Shown piece by piece: positions 1-12,470 of a stretch of DNA of 64,000 nt. Made by a program: the position numbers and the translations under genes. The first letter of the stretch is position 1, and the number at the start of each line of letters is the position of its first letter. A model generated the notes under the pieces. The model worked only from the letters and a program-made list of their open reading frames with translations, searched no databases and was not told where the DNA came from. The DNA is taken from positions 57,052,464 to 57,116,463 of the forward strand of contig NC_043011.1 in assembly GCF_006345805.1 (NCBI RefSeq), in the 5' to 3' direction. This DNA is from Octopus sinensis. Lineage: Eukaryota.

Positions 1-345
1 GATTTTCTGCAGCTGGATGCTCTTCCTCTCACCAACCTTTACCTGTTTCAAAACAAGGGGAATATTTCCCATGGCCAAATGTTCTTCATGGATGACTGGA
101 AACAAACAGCATCGCATGTATGATGCTGATGCTTGTTTGCATGGATGCACACAAGCACAGCCACACACATGTGTGCACATATATGTTGGGCTTCTTTTAG
201 TTTCCATCTACCAAATCCACTCACAGCGCTTTGGCCAGTTCAGGGCTATAGTAGTAGGCATTTGCTCAAGGTGCCAAGCAGTGGGACTGAACCCAAAACC
301 ACATGGTTGGGAAGCAAGCTTGTTTATCACACAGCCACACCTACA
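1..345 (-). mobile_element. tRNA/CORE-headed SINE with RTE-like tail (partial)
   Basis: Reverse complement of the head ggctgtgtg...gggttcagtcccactgc...ggcaccttgagcaa, followed by a body shared with copies near 28.2-28.5, 43.1-43.4, 50.5-50.8 and 54.5-54.9 kb. Confidence 0.7.
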
Positions 346-369
346 CCTAAATAAAAAAAAAGTAAGATA

Positions 370-645
370 CAGTGGAACCTTGGTTCACGAATCTAGTTTG
401 TTCTTGAAGGCTGTTTGCAAACAAAAACTAGGAAATTCAAGAGAATGCATAGTGAGTTCAAGCAGGGATGTGCACTGAGTAGAAGCTTGACAGCAACTGA
501 CTTTCTCCTGCTGATACTCCCAGTTTGTTGTGAACCACTGTTACCTGCCTGCATGTTCATTATTGAATAAACTGTTCATCACCTGAGATGTTTTACGTTT
601 GAAAAATTGTTCATAGGAGTCGTTTGCCAACTAAGGTTTCTTGTG
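370..645. mobile_element. Possible Tigger/pogo-like non-autonomous DNA transposon remnant
   Basis: TA+cagtggaaccttggttcacgaa at left; degenerate inverted match ttgccaactaaggtttc at about 624-640. Confidence 0.4.
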
Positions 646-696
646 TTGTTTTCAATATTGCAGCAGATTATTTAGATGATAACAAATATGTTTCAG

Positions 697-901
697 GTGA
701 GAATATAAACATCTGCTGGTCACCAGATGGCAGCACTATCGCCGTCGGAAACAAAGAGGATCTCGTCACATTTATCGATGCCCGTACACACCGCTCTCGA
801 GCTGAAGAGCAATTCAAGTTTGAAGTGAATGAAATCTCGTGGAACAATGAAGGAGATTTATTCTTCTTAACCAGTGGTCAAGGAAGCATCCACATTCTCA
901 G
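697..901 (+). CDS. THOC3: THO complex subunit 3 (Tex1, WD40), internal exon; upstream exons lie outside the window
   Basis: Encodes GENINICWSPDGSTIAVGNKEDLVTFID...EEQFKFEVNEISWN...GQGSIHILS, recognisable as THOC3; acceptor tttcag ends at 696, donor gtaatc starts at 902. Confidence 0.95.
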
Positions 902-1428
902 GTAATCATTGTTATTCTTTAAATATCTGCCCTGGTAGTTTTAAAGATGGAAGTTACAGGTGACTTGGTCAATAGGCTGTTGTTGTTTAGCTACAGTTCA
1001 TCTTTTGACCATTTTTCAAAGGTGTTCCCACCATGACCATCTTGTCTTTTTACATAATAGACTACCTTGTCCAGTGTGTATTTCCAGTCTTCAGGATACT
1101 ATGGTATAATTTGCGAAAATTTGGAGTTAAGAAAATTCAATAAACTTCAGAAATCGAAATTATAGGAAATTTCTTAGAACCTTAAATTTATAAAAATATT
1201 TCCTGACGTTCAAGCTTTTTAATATTGCTTTCTTTTAGTAGTTTTAGCAATTGTTACATACCTAATGAATAAGCAGCTTTCTCTGTTTTAGTATAGATGT
1301 GGTGTAAACAATATCAAAAGCTCAGAATGTTACCGTTCCATGCTTGTGTAGAAAAGAGATGTTATTAAAAATCAAAATATTTTCAATTTCTTTATATGTG
1401 ATGAATTGTTTTTCTTTTACTTTTTCAG

Positions 1429-1590
1429 CTATCCTGATTTAAAATTGCAGTATGTCTTAAACGCCCACCCAGCTAATTGTATTTGCATTGAGTTTGACCC
1501 CACGGGATCATATTTTGCTACTGGAAGTGCAGACGCTTTGGTTAGTCTTTGGGACGTTGACCAGTTAGTGTGTGTCCGAACATTTGCTAG
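1429..1590 (+). CDS. THOC3: THOC3 internal exon
   Basis: YPDLKLQYVLNAHPANCICIEFDPTGSYFATGSADALVSLWDVDQLVCVRTFAR; polypyrimidine+cag acceptor, gtgagt donor; phase matches previous exon (AG|C = Ser). Confidence 0.96.
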
Positions 1591-2844
1591 GTGAGTGTCT
1601 ATAAAAACCAACTTTAACTAATGTATTGTTGTTCCCTCCACTCGGGGCTATACAGATTAAGGTTTTCAAAGTGTTATTCATCATCATTTTAACGTCCAGT
1701 TTTCCATGTTTGCAAGGATATTGGAGTTTGTTGTGGCAGATTTTCTACAGCCAGACACTCTTTCTGTTACCTTGCATCCAGCCATGGAAATCCTGCCTCA
1801 ACAAATTCTATTTGACCCATGCCAGCATGGAAAAGTGGACATTGATCAATGATAATGATGTATTAATGAATTTTATGAATTTACTCAACTTGTCTGAACA
1901 TACATTTCCAAGGTTTAACTGAAGGTGATTCTGATAACATAGTAAAAGATCGAGAATTATCTTCTGTAAAATATTGGATTATGTTTGCTTAATGGAATAA
2001 TGATAATAACAATAATACAAATAATTACTAATTAATTCAGTAATGTAGTTGGACAATTATTGTTCTTAATTGTAGTTTTGAAATTAGATATTTCATAATT
2101 TAGAGTCATTGCAATGACATTAAAATGGTAAAATTGTCAACGAATTAGCATGAAATGAAATTCATTTTTTTGTTTCTAAGTTTTTATTTTTATAAGTAAA
2201 ATTTCAAATTGAGTTTGTATTTCAAGGCACCAGTGCTAGTACCATATAAAAAGCACTGGTGCTGGGGTCACATGAAAAGCTCCCAGTACACCCTATAAAG
2301 TGGTCGGCATTAAGAAAGTCATCCACCTGTAGAAACCATACCAAAAAAAAAAAACAATTGGAGCCTGGTATGACCCCCAACCATACCAGCTCCTGTCAAA
2401 CTGTCCAGTCCATGCCAGCATGGAAAACGGACATTAAATGATGATGATATCATGATATTCAGTTTTTTTTACTTTCCACCACCAATGCTGTGGTGGTGGT
2501 GGTGGTTGTAGTAGTGACAGTTGTCATTGTAATCTACTTCGGCATTGATCACTTCAGTCTTTTCACCGTATGGGGTGGGGGACTATGGATGTAATGGGTG
2601 CTACCTGGTCTCCTTTTCTAGTTATCGTTTCCTTCTTTTCCTAGAATATTTCTTTCAACAAAGCAGACCAAATCCCCTTTCATTCCTTTCTTGTCTATGT
2701 TACACTTTTGTTTTTTTCTTTCTTTAAATGGTTTTTGTCCATTAACGAGGGAAAGGCTGTACCCATGGCTAACCCTTAAACTTTTGCCACATCAATTCAC
2801 TTGATGTTCTATTGTTGATCCCTGACATTTATTTTACATGTGAA

Positions 2845-3150
2845 AGCATGTGGCTAAACGGTTCGGGTAGTCAGCTCAAGATGGTAAGGTCATGAGTTCA
2901 GTACCTGGCAGGGTGTTAGGCCCTTGAGCAAGAGATATATTGACTCAGTTGGCAAAAATGAGTTGTACTTGCAATTAAAAGGACCAGCCTTGCCACATGC
3001 TGTGTCCCACTGAATCTCCCTGGGAACTAATGTTATGAGTCTGCATTTCTGTGGAGTACTCAGCCACTTGCATGTTAATTTCATGAGCTGGCTTTTCTGT
3101 TGATTGGATCAACTGGAACCTTCATCATTGTAACTGATGGAATGCCAGTT
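2845..3150 (+). mobile_element. Old tRNA-derived SINE (third family; related inverted copy at about 45490-45770)
   Basis: A/B-box-like head, cccttgagcaag motif, and block ggcaaaaatgagt...ccagccttg.cacat.ctgtgtc.cactgaatct shared in reverse at 45580-45655. Confidence 0.6.
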
Positions 3151-3244
3151 TTTTTGCTTTTGTTACATAAATTCTCTTATTGCTGACATGGAACTAACCA
3201 TCATTTCTTTTGTTTTGCTTTTTTTTCTTTCTCTTTTATCAAAG

Positions 3245-3345
3245 ACTTGACTGGCCTGTACGGACTCTGAGTTTTAGCTATGATGGTAAAATGTTAGCAA
3301 CAGCTTCTGAAGACTTGGTTATTGATATTGCTGAAGTTGAAACCG
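3245..3345 (+). CDS. THOC3: THOC3 internal exon (absent from ORF track)
   Basis: (AG|A = R) LDWPVRTLSFSYDGKMLATASEDLVIDIAEVETG; pyrimidine tract+aag acceptor, gtaagt donor at 3346. Confidence 0.95.
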
Positions 3346-4058
3346 GTAAGTAACCTTATCTCACATTACCTCTTTACATTACTGGAATGAAAACTAGTCA
3401 TAGAATCGGCTCACTAACCATTTGTCAAACAGTCTAGTTCTTTTGAGACCAATCTACCTGAAGCTGCCCCTAGTTCTATGATATAAAGCTTTTGTTTCAA
3501 AGTGGCCTAAATTATCACTTTCAATCAAATTTCTATGTTAATTTATGGTTCAAACATCAACTTAATAAATGAAAAAATTATTTTCTTAAATTCTTTGTTA
3601 TTTTCAAAATTAATTGAAACAAAAGCAGCATATTTCAAAAGACGTATGGGTCAAAATACCTTTATCTTGCTTATGAACGAATCTCTGCATTGTTGTTCTT
3701 GTTGCTAGAAATAGCAGTCAAATATGCCATTGATCACATTTCAAGATCTTAAATGAAAACGGTTACAATGGATAACGTAGTCCCCTAATGTACAAAAAGA
3801 CAAGATGGTCATGGTCGGTAGGCCTCCATTGATCAGAACTAGATGACCTAGGATTGAACACTAACAATTTGCAATAATTAACAGTTTAATTTTGAACATG
3901 TGTCACATCCCTGTTGATTCCTTGCTAAGACGATCATCTCTCTGCCACATCTCTCATTGGTTTAGTACATTTATTAGCAAGCTTCCCAACCATACCTACA
4001 CCTCTAAATAATAATTAATTATTAAATATTCATGTCTTTATTTTTTTTTCTTTTGTAG

Positions 4059-4216
4059 GTCAAAAAGTAACTGAAATTCCTTGTGAAACACCAACCTTTA
4101 CAGTTGCATGGCACCCCAAACGGTATCTGTTAGCATTTGCTTGTGATGACAAACACGACAGAGGAGATCGAGATTCAGGCATGGTTAAAGTTTTTGGATT
4201 TCCAAATGATTCTTGA
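4059..4216 (+). CDS. THOC3: THOC3 last coding exon with stop
   Basis: GQKVTEIPCETPTFTVAWHPKRYLLAFACDDKHDRGDRDSGMVKVFGFPNDS*; ttttgtag acceptor; TGA 4214-4216; C-terminus resembles vertebrate THOC3. Confidence 0.96.
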
Positions 4217-6249
4217 TTAATTTCTTGGAGTTATCTTTAATCCAGAGTTTAAAGACATTTTCTTCAGTGAACATTCATCATTATTTTAATTTAAATGCTT
4301 TCATTATGAAATTGTCCATTTTCAGGCAATGTGTTTACTGTGTCATGCAGCAACACAGGTTGCAAAACAAATAACATTGTTCCCATCAGAGAATAATTCA
4401 TTCAATTCTTAAATATTTATTTTAAAACAGAAGCAGTATTAGTTTAAAATAGCAACCTGTGTGTCTTACATAATGCATATACATCACAGAAAGCTTAGTT
4501 AACTGCATTATTTGTCTTGAGATAGCATTTCTTGCAGACATACATTGTTTTGCTATCTTGAGATGAATACTGCAGTTAATTAAGCTTTCGCTGATGTATC
4601 TGCATTGAGTATCATACACAGATTGCTATTATTTTTAAATATTAATATTGCAATCAAATTGTTAAAATCTGTTTGATCCATGTAAGTATATTCTTTGTGA
4701 CCTCAATTCATAAAGGATAGGCTGTGTATACAAAGAAATTTTTAATTTTCAAGCCATATCATGAAAGTGCACAATGGGAAAAGCATTTAATAATCAAAAA
4801 CAAAAAATGAAAAAAATGATTCGAACATAGCTTTATGCAGTAAAGGTTACCAGGGAATACCAGTAACTGAATCAAAAAACTCATCCAGTTTACTTGTGTT
4901 GAGAGCATAAAGGTCTCCGAGATGCATGGAAGGCTGTCGTTTTGTATTGCAGTATGTCAGATGGTCTGGGCATAGAGAAATGGCTATGAAATGGCTGATG
5001 ATGATTGTGAAGAAAAATCTTTGTTAAATCACATCAAAATATACATTAGTATGTTTGATAAAGGAGACTGATCTAGTAATATCTTGATTAATACTACCAC
5101 CACATGGGCCATGAGTGTCTTTAGTAGAGACTCTGGCCAGGTTTTTGATGTGAGAATAACTTCTTTTCCTCTCACCAGACTCTCAGTCCCTATAAATGGT
5201 CATGAAAGCCACCTGTCCTTGTCTGATGATGCCTTAACAATAAATTTAAAAAAAAAACTTCTCAAATGAAACCATTTCCAAGATGATCCACTTATTCCTG
5301 TTGTTCCTATGTATTTGTGAATGGGAGTACAGAATCATTATGTTAGGTCCTCTTTTTAAGGTGTATTGTTGCTGAAGGGTCGAACTGCTATTTGCCAAAC
5401 AATAACAGGCTTTAGAATTGTGAGAATCTGATTTGTGTTGTGTGGTTCAGATAAGAAACACGTCTCTGTCAAGATACAACTCAGGTCTGTTTCTTGATGT
5501 CTCTCTCTAGGTCTTGCGATATCTTTGCATTGGAGGAGAAAATTACTATATTTGAGTTTACTGTCTTTGCTCAACACAACACTGTACTTGTAGTAAAATA
5601 TGAATTTAACACCAAATTGGGGTCACTAACTTTAATTTGACAGAGTTGGAGGTTAGTTACAACATAACCTATACAACAGTATTTGGGGTCCGTCCATAAT
5701 GGAATATAGTTGGGACATAATCTAATCTTATTTTTGTTATAAATAACAATGGCTTACTGGTGCTGGACTGCTAAACATGTCAAGGGTTCAAATTTTGGTA
5801 GTCTTAAAGTTGTGATCCTTTGCAAGTTACATAACTCTGCACAAGAAATAAAAAGAAACTTTGAGAAAACAGTTTCCATTCTTTTATGGTTTGTAGTGGC
5901 ATCCACTTGTAAAAAGAAAAAAAAAAGAAAAAATTTTATAATAAAAAGAGAAGATAAAATTAAATTATCTCACTGTTAATCATCATTATTGTCATCATTT
6001 AACGTCTGTTTTCCCTGCTGGCATGAGTTGAATGGCTTGACAGGGGCTGGAGAGCTGCCTGGGCTCCAGCTGTCTGTTTTGGCATGGTTTCTATGGCTGC
6101 ATGCCCTATTAGGAATGGCATCCAGCTGTGAGAAAAATATTTGGATGTAAAAAACTAAAAATTTCAGAGAATCCCAAATGGCCAAGTTCATAGGATGCTG
6201 GGGTTAATTAAGTGAACGGCTGCTGGCTTGTATGTTGCCATCTACACTA

Positions 6250-7497
6250 TAAGAAGAGGTAGCCAAACATAATGTTCTTTGTGGGACAAACCCATTGTAG
6301 TTCAGGCTTCTGTCACTAGAAGCTGCTTGATGTGACCCTCAGCCATCTGTCTGCCAACTGGCATTGTCGTGTGAAGTTGTACTGCCATGTGATGCGTCCT
6401 TGTTTTCTCTCTTGTTCGTTGATTTTGGTGTTGGCTGAAACGAAGGAACAATATGCTTCCATGAAATTCTGTTTTCTGCTGGGGAAAATGGTGGCTGATG
6501 CTGTTGCCATGATCAAAACACAAGTTTAGGAATGGTCACTTGTTACTTGGAGATCAACCTTGTTTAGGGTGACCGTTGACCTCACAAACAAATGAAAACA
6601 TCATGAAAATTCATGAACTGGTCTTGGAGGACCATTGCCAAACAATTGACGGTGTGTCTTGGAGCTCCTCCCAACAAATTTTGAGTGAGGAATTACAAAT
6701 GAGAAGAGTTGCGGCAAAATGTGTGCCTTAATTGCTCACGGAAGATCAAAAGCAGTCACAACTGAATGCTTGTCATGAACTGAAAGAACAGTTGGAAGTT
6801 GAGCTGAACATTCTTTGAAGGTTGTCACTGGTGACAAAAGCTGGTGCTATGGTTACAACCCAAAAACGAAGCAGCAGTCAAGTCAGTGGAAGCATTCAAT
6901 GCCCTCAGAAAAAGCACGTCAAGTGAAGTACAATGTCAAGACGATGCTGATTTGTTTCATGAATGTGAAAGGAATTGTCCACACAGTATTTGTTCTTCCT
7001 AATCAAATTGTTAACCAGACATTTTACTTGGAAGTTCTGAAACATTTGTGAGACGCAGTGAGACGAAAACATCCCAATCTGTGGCAAAAAGTGGAGACAG
7101 GTGGTTTCATCTGACAATGCACCTGCACACACTGCCTTGAGTGTGAGGCAGTTTCTGACCGAAAATGGCATGGCCCTGTATACCTGCTCTCTCAATTCAC
7201 CTGATCTTGCTCCCTGCAACTTTTTTTGTTCCCTTGAATGGAAAAAGTCCTTAAAGGAAAACGTTTTGTACATGTGGAAGATGTGAAGAAAGAAAAAAAA
7301 CGATGGAGGCGTCAAAAGGCATCACTTTACAAGAGTTCCAGGACTGCTTCCAGCAGTGGAAAACCAATGCCTTGTGGACCAATGCTTTGCTTCAAATGGA
7401 GAATACTTTGAAGGCGATAAAAATGTAAACATGTAAAGTTAAGTGAATAGAATAAAATTGCAAAATTCTGGTTTCTTTGGGGTACCCCCACCTCGTA
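6250..7497 (+). mobile_element. Decayed mariner (DD34D) DNA transposon; transposase pseudogene
   Basis: Frameshifted motifs EQYASMKFCFLLGK, VVTGDKSWCYGYNPKTKQQSSQWK, KARQVKYNVKTMLICF, DNAPAH-SPDLAPC(N)FF with 34-residue spacing; right TIR attctggtttctttggggtacccccacctcgTA, left TIR degenerate. Confidence 0.9.
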
Positions 7498-7838
7498 TAG
7501 CAACCGGTTATATGTGAGGGAGAGCCTGTGGCCCAGTAATTACTGTTGTGATTGCAAGATCATGGTTTCAATTCTTGGACCAGGCAGTGAGTTGTGTTCT
7601 TGTGCAAAACATTTAATTTCATGTTGCTCTGCAATCACTTTGATGTCTGACATATGGCACACTGTGCCTCTGTAGAGGTAATGACGATTTGATGGAGGGA
7701 GTGAAATGTGTACAACACAAACATTTGATCACTATAAACAAATCATCTGTGTGGCTGTTTGGCAAGAAATTGTGGAATTGTCTTTCTCGGACCTGAGAAA
7801 CTACCAGGAAGATATGGCCAGATATATTGCTCTAGAAT

Positions 7839-8857
7839 ATCATCATCGCTTAACGTCCACTTTCCATGCTAGCATGGGTTGGACAGTTCGACTGGGGTCT
7901 GGAAAGCCAGGAGGCTGCACCAGGTTCCAGTCTGATCTGGCAGTGTTTCTACAGCTGGATGCCCTTCCTAACACCAACCACTCCATGACTGCAGTGGGTG
8001 CTTTTTACATGCCACCGGCACAGGGATCACTACAATTTCCATTTGATTTTGATGTACTTGACTCAATAGGTCTCCTCAAGCACGACATGCCGCCCTACAA
8101 TCCAAGGAATTTTTGAGTGGGCTGGTTATGCGACACTGGTGTGGGTTACAGCTGTGAACTCACTTTATTTGCCGGGTTTTCTCAGTCACAGCATATCTCC
8201 AGAGGTCTCGGTCTTTAGTCATTGCCTCTGTGAGGCCCAACGATCGAAGGTCATGCTTCACCACCTCATCCCATGTCTTCCTGAGTCTCTCTCTACTCCG
8301 GATTCCTTCCACTCTTTGGGAGTGGCACTTCTTCACACAGATCTCCTCATCCATCTGTAGTACATGACCATATCAACGTAAACATCTCTTGCATGCCACA
8401 TCTGATGCTTCTTATGTCCAACATTTTTCTCAGGGTGCTTACAGTCTGTTGTGTGTGCACACTGACATTACACATCCAGCTGTTCATGCTAGCTTCATTT
8501 CTTTCAAGCCTATGCATGTCTTCAGCAGTCACGCCCCATGTTTCACTGCCGTGAAACATGGCAGTTGAGCGAGAGGCCCTTTGTCACCAGTAGGGGTAGG
8601 AGCTTTCTGAACTTTGCCCAGTCTATTCTTATTCTAGTGGTAACACTCTTTGAGCATCCACCCCCACTACAGACTTGGTCACCCAGGTAGTGGAAGCTAT
8701 CAACTACTTCTAGTTTCTCCCCGTGGCATGTAATGGAATCTGTTTTCTGAGTATCTGTGGTGTTTTTCACCCCTGTGCATCTGCTGCACATGAAAGCTAT
8801 CTTCCCAGTTAAACTTCCTTTGATGTTGCTGCACCTCTTATGTGTCCATAGCTTACA
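7839..8857 (-). mobile_element. 5'-truncated RTE-clade LINE (ORF2 C-terminus, 3' UTR, (GAT)n tail)
   Basis: KLEVVDSFHYLGDQVCSGGGC, HGSETW, WYGHV, RKTWDEVVKHDLRSLGLTEAMTKDRDLWR motifs; contiguous with the abundant 3' end ...catgctagcatggaaa...gacgttaa.cgatgatg. Confidence 0.9.
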
Positions 8858-9128
8858 AATATGAACAAGTATTCAATGCTTCTCCTTCTCCTAATAATAG
8901 GTTATAGATCTTTCCATTCATGTTCTTTTTTTTTTTTTTATTCCACAGATCCATAATTAATTACCCCCATATCTCTACTTCTCTGTAGCTCTGAAAATCT
9001 TTTACATCCATACACTCATTCCTCTCTGTCTCCACCCATACTCTTCTCTACATATATGTAAAAACTTCACTTTTGAAATCCATTATTGTCCCCAGTTCTA
9101 GAGGAACAGTTTGGAAAAAATAAATGGG

Positions 9129-9320
9129 TGGCAAGCTGGCAGAATCGATAGGATGCTGGGTGAAATGCTTAGTGGTGTTTCGTCCGTCTTCATGTTCTGA
9201 GTTCAAATTCTGCCAAGGTTGACTTTGCCTTTCAGGGTTCATAAAATAAGTACCAGTTGAGTACTAAGGGTCAATCTAATTGACTAGACCCTTTCCTTCA
9301 AAGCCAATTGTAGAGAGAAT
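9129..9320 (+). mobile_element. tRNA-derived SINE with Meta-domain-like core
   Basis: ggcaagctggcagaatc...gagttcaaattctgcc...gactttgcctttc...ataaaataagtaccag, same family as 13023, 15061 and 29164. Confidence 0.75.
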
Positions 9321-9954
9321 TATAATTATGGTCACCATACTAACAAGGTATGGCCTGTTGGAGCTCCATGATTTTTGAGTCTTTTCCATCATTTTGGTCT
9401 GTTGGGGTTCCATTCAGTCGTATTTTCTTATAACTTTATTGTTAATGTTTCCTTGATTGCGGTGGTAATATTTTGTCTTTGAAACATTCCTGGAATGGGG
9501 GTGGTTACATAGATAGTTATTTTTAATTACCTGGAAAAACAAAGATTTCAAAAATGTCGGAACAAGATATAATAGTAATAATAATAATGATACTAGCCGA
9601 CAATGGAGAGCATTTGAATTGTTTCCATTCCAAGGAGAGCTTTGACAATGGAAGAAAATGTCAGTGTTGATCCAGCTTCCTTTCCTCCCTTTTCCTCCAG
9701 GCTCAACGGAACCGGGATTCGGATGGAATTTTCAGATACTGGTTACCCTTGAAGGAGTCATTCACATTCCTAATTTTGTTTTGTTTTGGGGAATGTGAGC
9801 AAATGCCATTGGTAACAAAGGATAGAAAGCCCCAAAATGTTTTGTATGTAGAAATGTGAATCAGTTGAAAGCTTTCTGTCCTCGGGGTGGAGAAAAGCAA
9901 ACCACCAACTCTGGCCAAATATAAAAGAAGCCTTTCCTCACTTTCCTCATACAC

Positions 9955-10262
9955 ACATCATCATTGTTTAACGTCCATTTTCCATGCTAGCATGGGTTGG
10001 ACGGTTTGACCAGGGTCTGGGAAGCCAGGAGGCTGCACCAGGCTCCAGTCTGATCCGGCAGTGTTTCTATAGCTGGATGCCCTTCCTAACTCCGCGAGTG
10101 TAGTGGGTGCTTTTTATGTGCCACCGGTACAGGGGCCATAGGAGGCTGACAAACGACCACGATCGGTTGGTGCTTTTACGTGTCACCTACATGGACGCCA
10201 GTCAGGTGGTGCTGGCAACTGCCACGTTCGGATGGTGCTTTTAACGTGTCACCGGCACGGGT
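9955..10262 (-). mobile_element. RTE LINE 3' UTR fragment
   Basis: catcatcattgtttaacgtcc...catgctagcatgggttggacgg..., nearly identical to 7841-8020. Confidence 0.85.
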
Positions 10263-11189
10263 ATCTTAACTAATGCAGAAACCATGATACACCTCCCTCT
10301 TTTCTTCTCTAACTCTCTAACTACATGAAATCTTTGTAAAAGGCCTTTGTTGGGGAGAAGAGAGAGAATCAGACAGAAACATAACAGAGGCCACCCCAAA
10401 TGGAAGGGGATGAGGCCTGAGGGAAAGAGATAGAAAACCTGCCACCATTTCAGTCAGCAGCAGCATCAATACTATCATCATAACAGCTAAATCGATTCAT
10501 AGAAACTCCTTCACAAGAAATCATCAAAATGAAAACCCAAAAGCCAGCAACTCAGACACAAAGCTTCTTTATCAACATCATTCTTGTTCAGAAGAGCAAC
10601 ATCAATTTGTTTGAGGAGGGGGTAATCATTAACAAGAATATTCTGACAAATGTGGAAAGATTTGCCAAACTCCTGCAAATACCCCCAAAGCAGACTGATT
10701 CAGAGACTTTGACAAAAAGAAAGATACCCCCCCCCCTCAGCCACAAGACAGAGGTTTTAGTAAATAACCCAATGAAAGTATTCTAGAGAATCTTAGTCAA
10801 AAAGAAGGCTGGACGAACAGGCAATCTTGAAGATCAGGGTGAATAACCTCTTGAATCGCTACACTTAGAGAAGGCTGTGTAAATGTTTGAGGCCTGGGTT
10901 TAGTTTGAAAGCAAGGTCACTTGCTCAGTAGACTCAGGTTGCTTGATATAGATGTGGCATATAACTTCTGTTGGTTCACTGTAAAATAGTATCTTGGTGA
11001 GTTGTGAGTCAGGTATTCAAACAAGGTAGCCTGTCTTGCTGGCCTATGCTCTTCTCAATAATGTGTAAATGCTTGGCAGGTCAGCTCTGGAGAGAACCTC
11101 CGTGCCTGGGACCTTGTCTTGCTGGGTGATTTTCAAGAGCTTTTGCAGGCATCACATGTGGGAGCAGTTTAGCTATTTGGTGTGGAGTT

Positions 11190-11525
11190 AGAAATTACCT
11201 CGTTTTCAGCTCTACAACAATGTCCAGCAAACTGGACTCTTCTACCTTTCACATATATTTGTACTTTGGTTGGATGATGCTTCCATGAGAGGTTTTGAGC
11301 TCTCATAAGTAGGCAAGTGTAAGTGCCATCCAACTGCCTCTCAAGCTTCTCCTCTGGAAGCCATCTGCTCGCAATACCAGAGGGTGCACACTCTTCTACC
11401 CTGATGTAATCTCCAGGGATACAGGCATCCAGCAACAGGATCTCCGTAATGCTATGATGGGCCGTGAAGTCTGGAGTAACATAGTAAATTCCATTGTCTC
11501 GACCACGGTCGAACAATGATGATGA
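11190..11525 (+). mobile_element. Short RTE-like LINE 3' insertion with inverted 5' segment and 9-bp TSD
   Basis: Minus part encodes KLERQLDGTYTCLLMRAQNLSWKHHPTK..RRVQFAGHCCRAENEVIS; plus part encodes LLLWKPSARNTRG..YPDVISRDTGIQQQDLRNAMM..TTVEQ* then (TGA)n; TGTGGAGTT at 11181-11189 and 11526-11534. Confidence 0.85.
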
Positions 11526-12117
11526 TGTGGAGTTCGTAAACCATCCAAATGTTGCAGGTATATGGTAACGTAAGCAGTACGGTTGCTTGGTACCCCCTCA
11601 ATAGAACATTTTAAGAAGGCATCTTGTGTAGATTTATTTTGCTGAAAAGCATGAAAGAATATCAATAGCAGATGGGAAACACCCAGCGGCTTTGGTGAAG
11701 TTGCTAAATCTAGATTTCTGTGTAGTTCTGCATCGTCAGTAGCAAGCTTCTACAACCAGCTGCATTTAACCTCTACTGATATAGGAAAACATTAACAAAT
11801 GCACTGATGCCAAAAATATCTGGTAGGATGGATAAATTTTTGCTATTAGCAATGGAAGCAATATTTTGTTTGGAATAGCATTCTGTATATCTCCCTTAAT
11901 GTGGATATACATATATTCTACTACCAATATACTTCTGTGCTTTTTAGCACTATACATCTGTATGTGATGCTTCCTCAAAACAAATACCACAGTCGTGTGG
12001 CTTTCTACAGTATATCCACATCAAGTGTAATATACAGAAGGCTATTTTGAACTAATAATGAATTTGCATAAATTCTTCATAATTTTCAAAATTAAATGAC
12101 ACCTGGTCAATGCACCT

Positions 12118-12470
12118 TGTGTTCAGTCCCATGGCATGGCACCTTCGGCAAGTTTCTTCTACTATAACCTTGGGCTGACCAAAGCCTTGTGAGTGGATTT
12201 GGTAGATGAAAACTGAAAGAAGCCTGTCGTATATATATATATATGTGTGTGTGTGTGCCTTTGTGTCTGTGTTTGTCTCCAACACACCACTTGACAACGG
12301 GTGTTGGTTTGTTTACATCCCCATAACTTAGCGGTTTGCCAAAAGCGACCAATAGAATAAGTACCAGGCTTAGCAAAAAGAAAAAAAAAAAAGCATTCAA
12401 GTACTGTGGTGAATTCATTCGATAAAAATCGAAGGCATTGCCCCAGTCTGATGACTGAAATGAAAAAAAG
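12118..12470 (+). mobile_element. CORE-like tRNA SINE with internal (TA/TG)n
   Basis: gttcagtccca..ggcacctt..caag..tcttctactata..gaccaaagccttgtgagtggatttggtaga..cttgacaac..gtttacatcccc.taacttagcgg; many copies in window. Confidence 0.8.

Noticed and set aside
5180-5275. RLSVPINGH (GIY-YIG-like) followed by CTGATGA, as a possible Penelope/hammerhead remnant
   Set aside because: No stem II pairing before the next GAAA; the peptide match is too short
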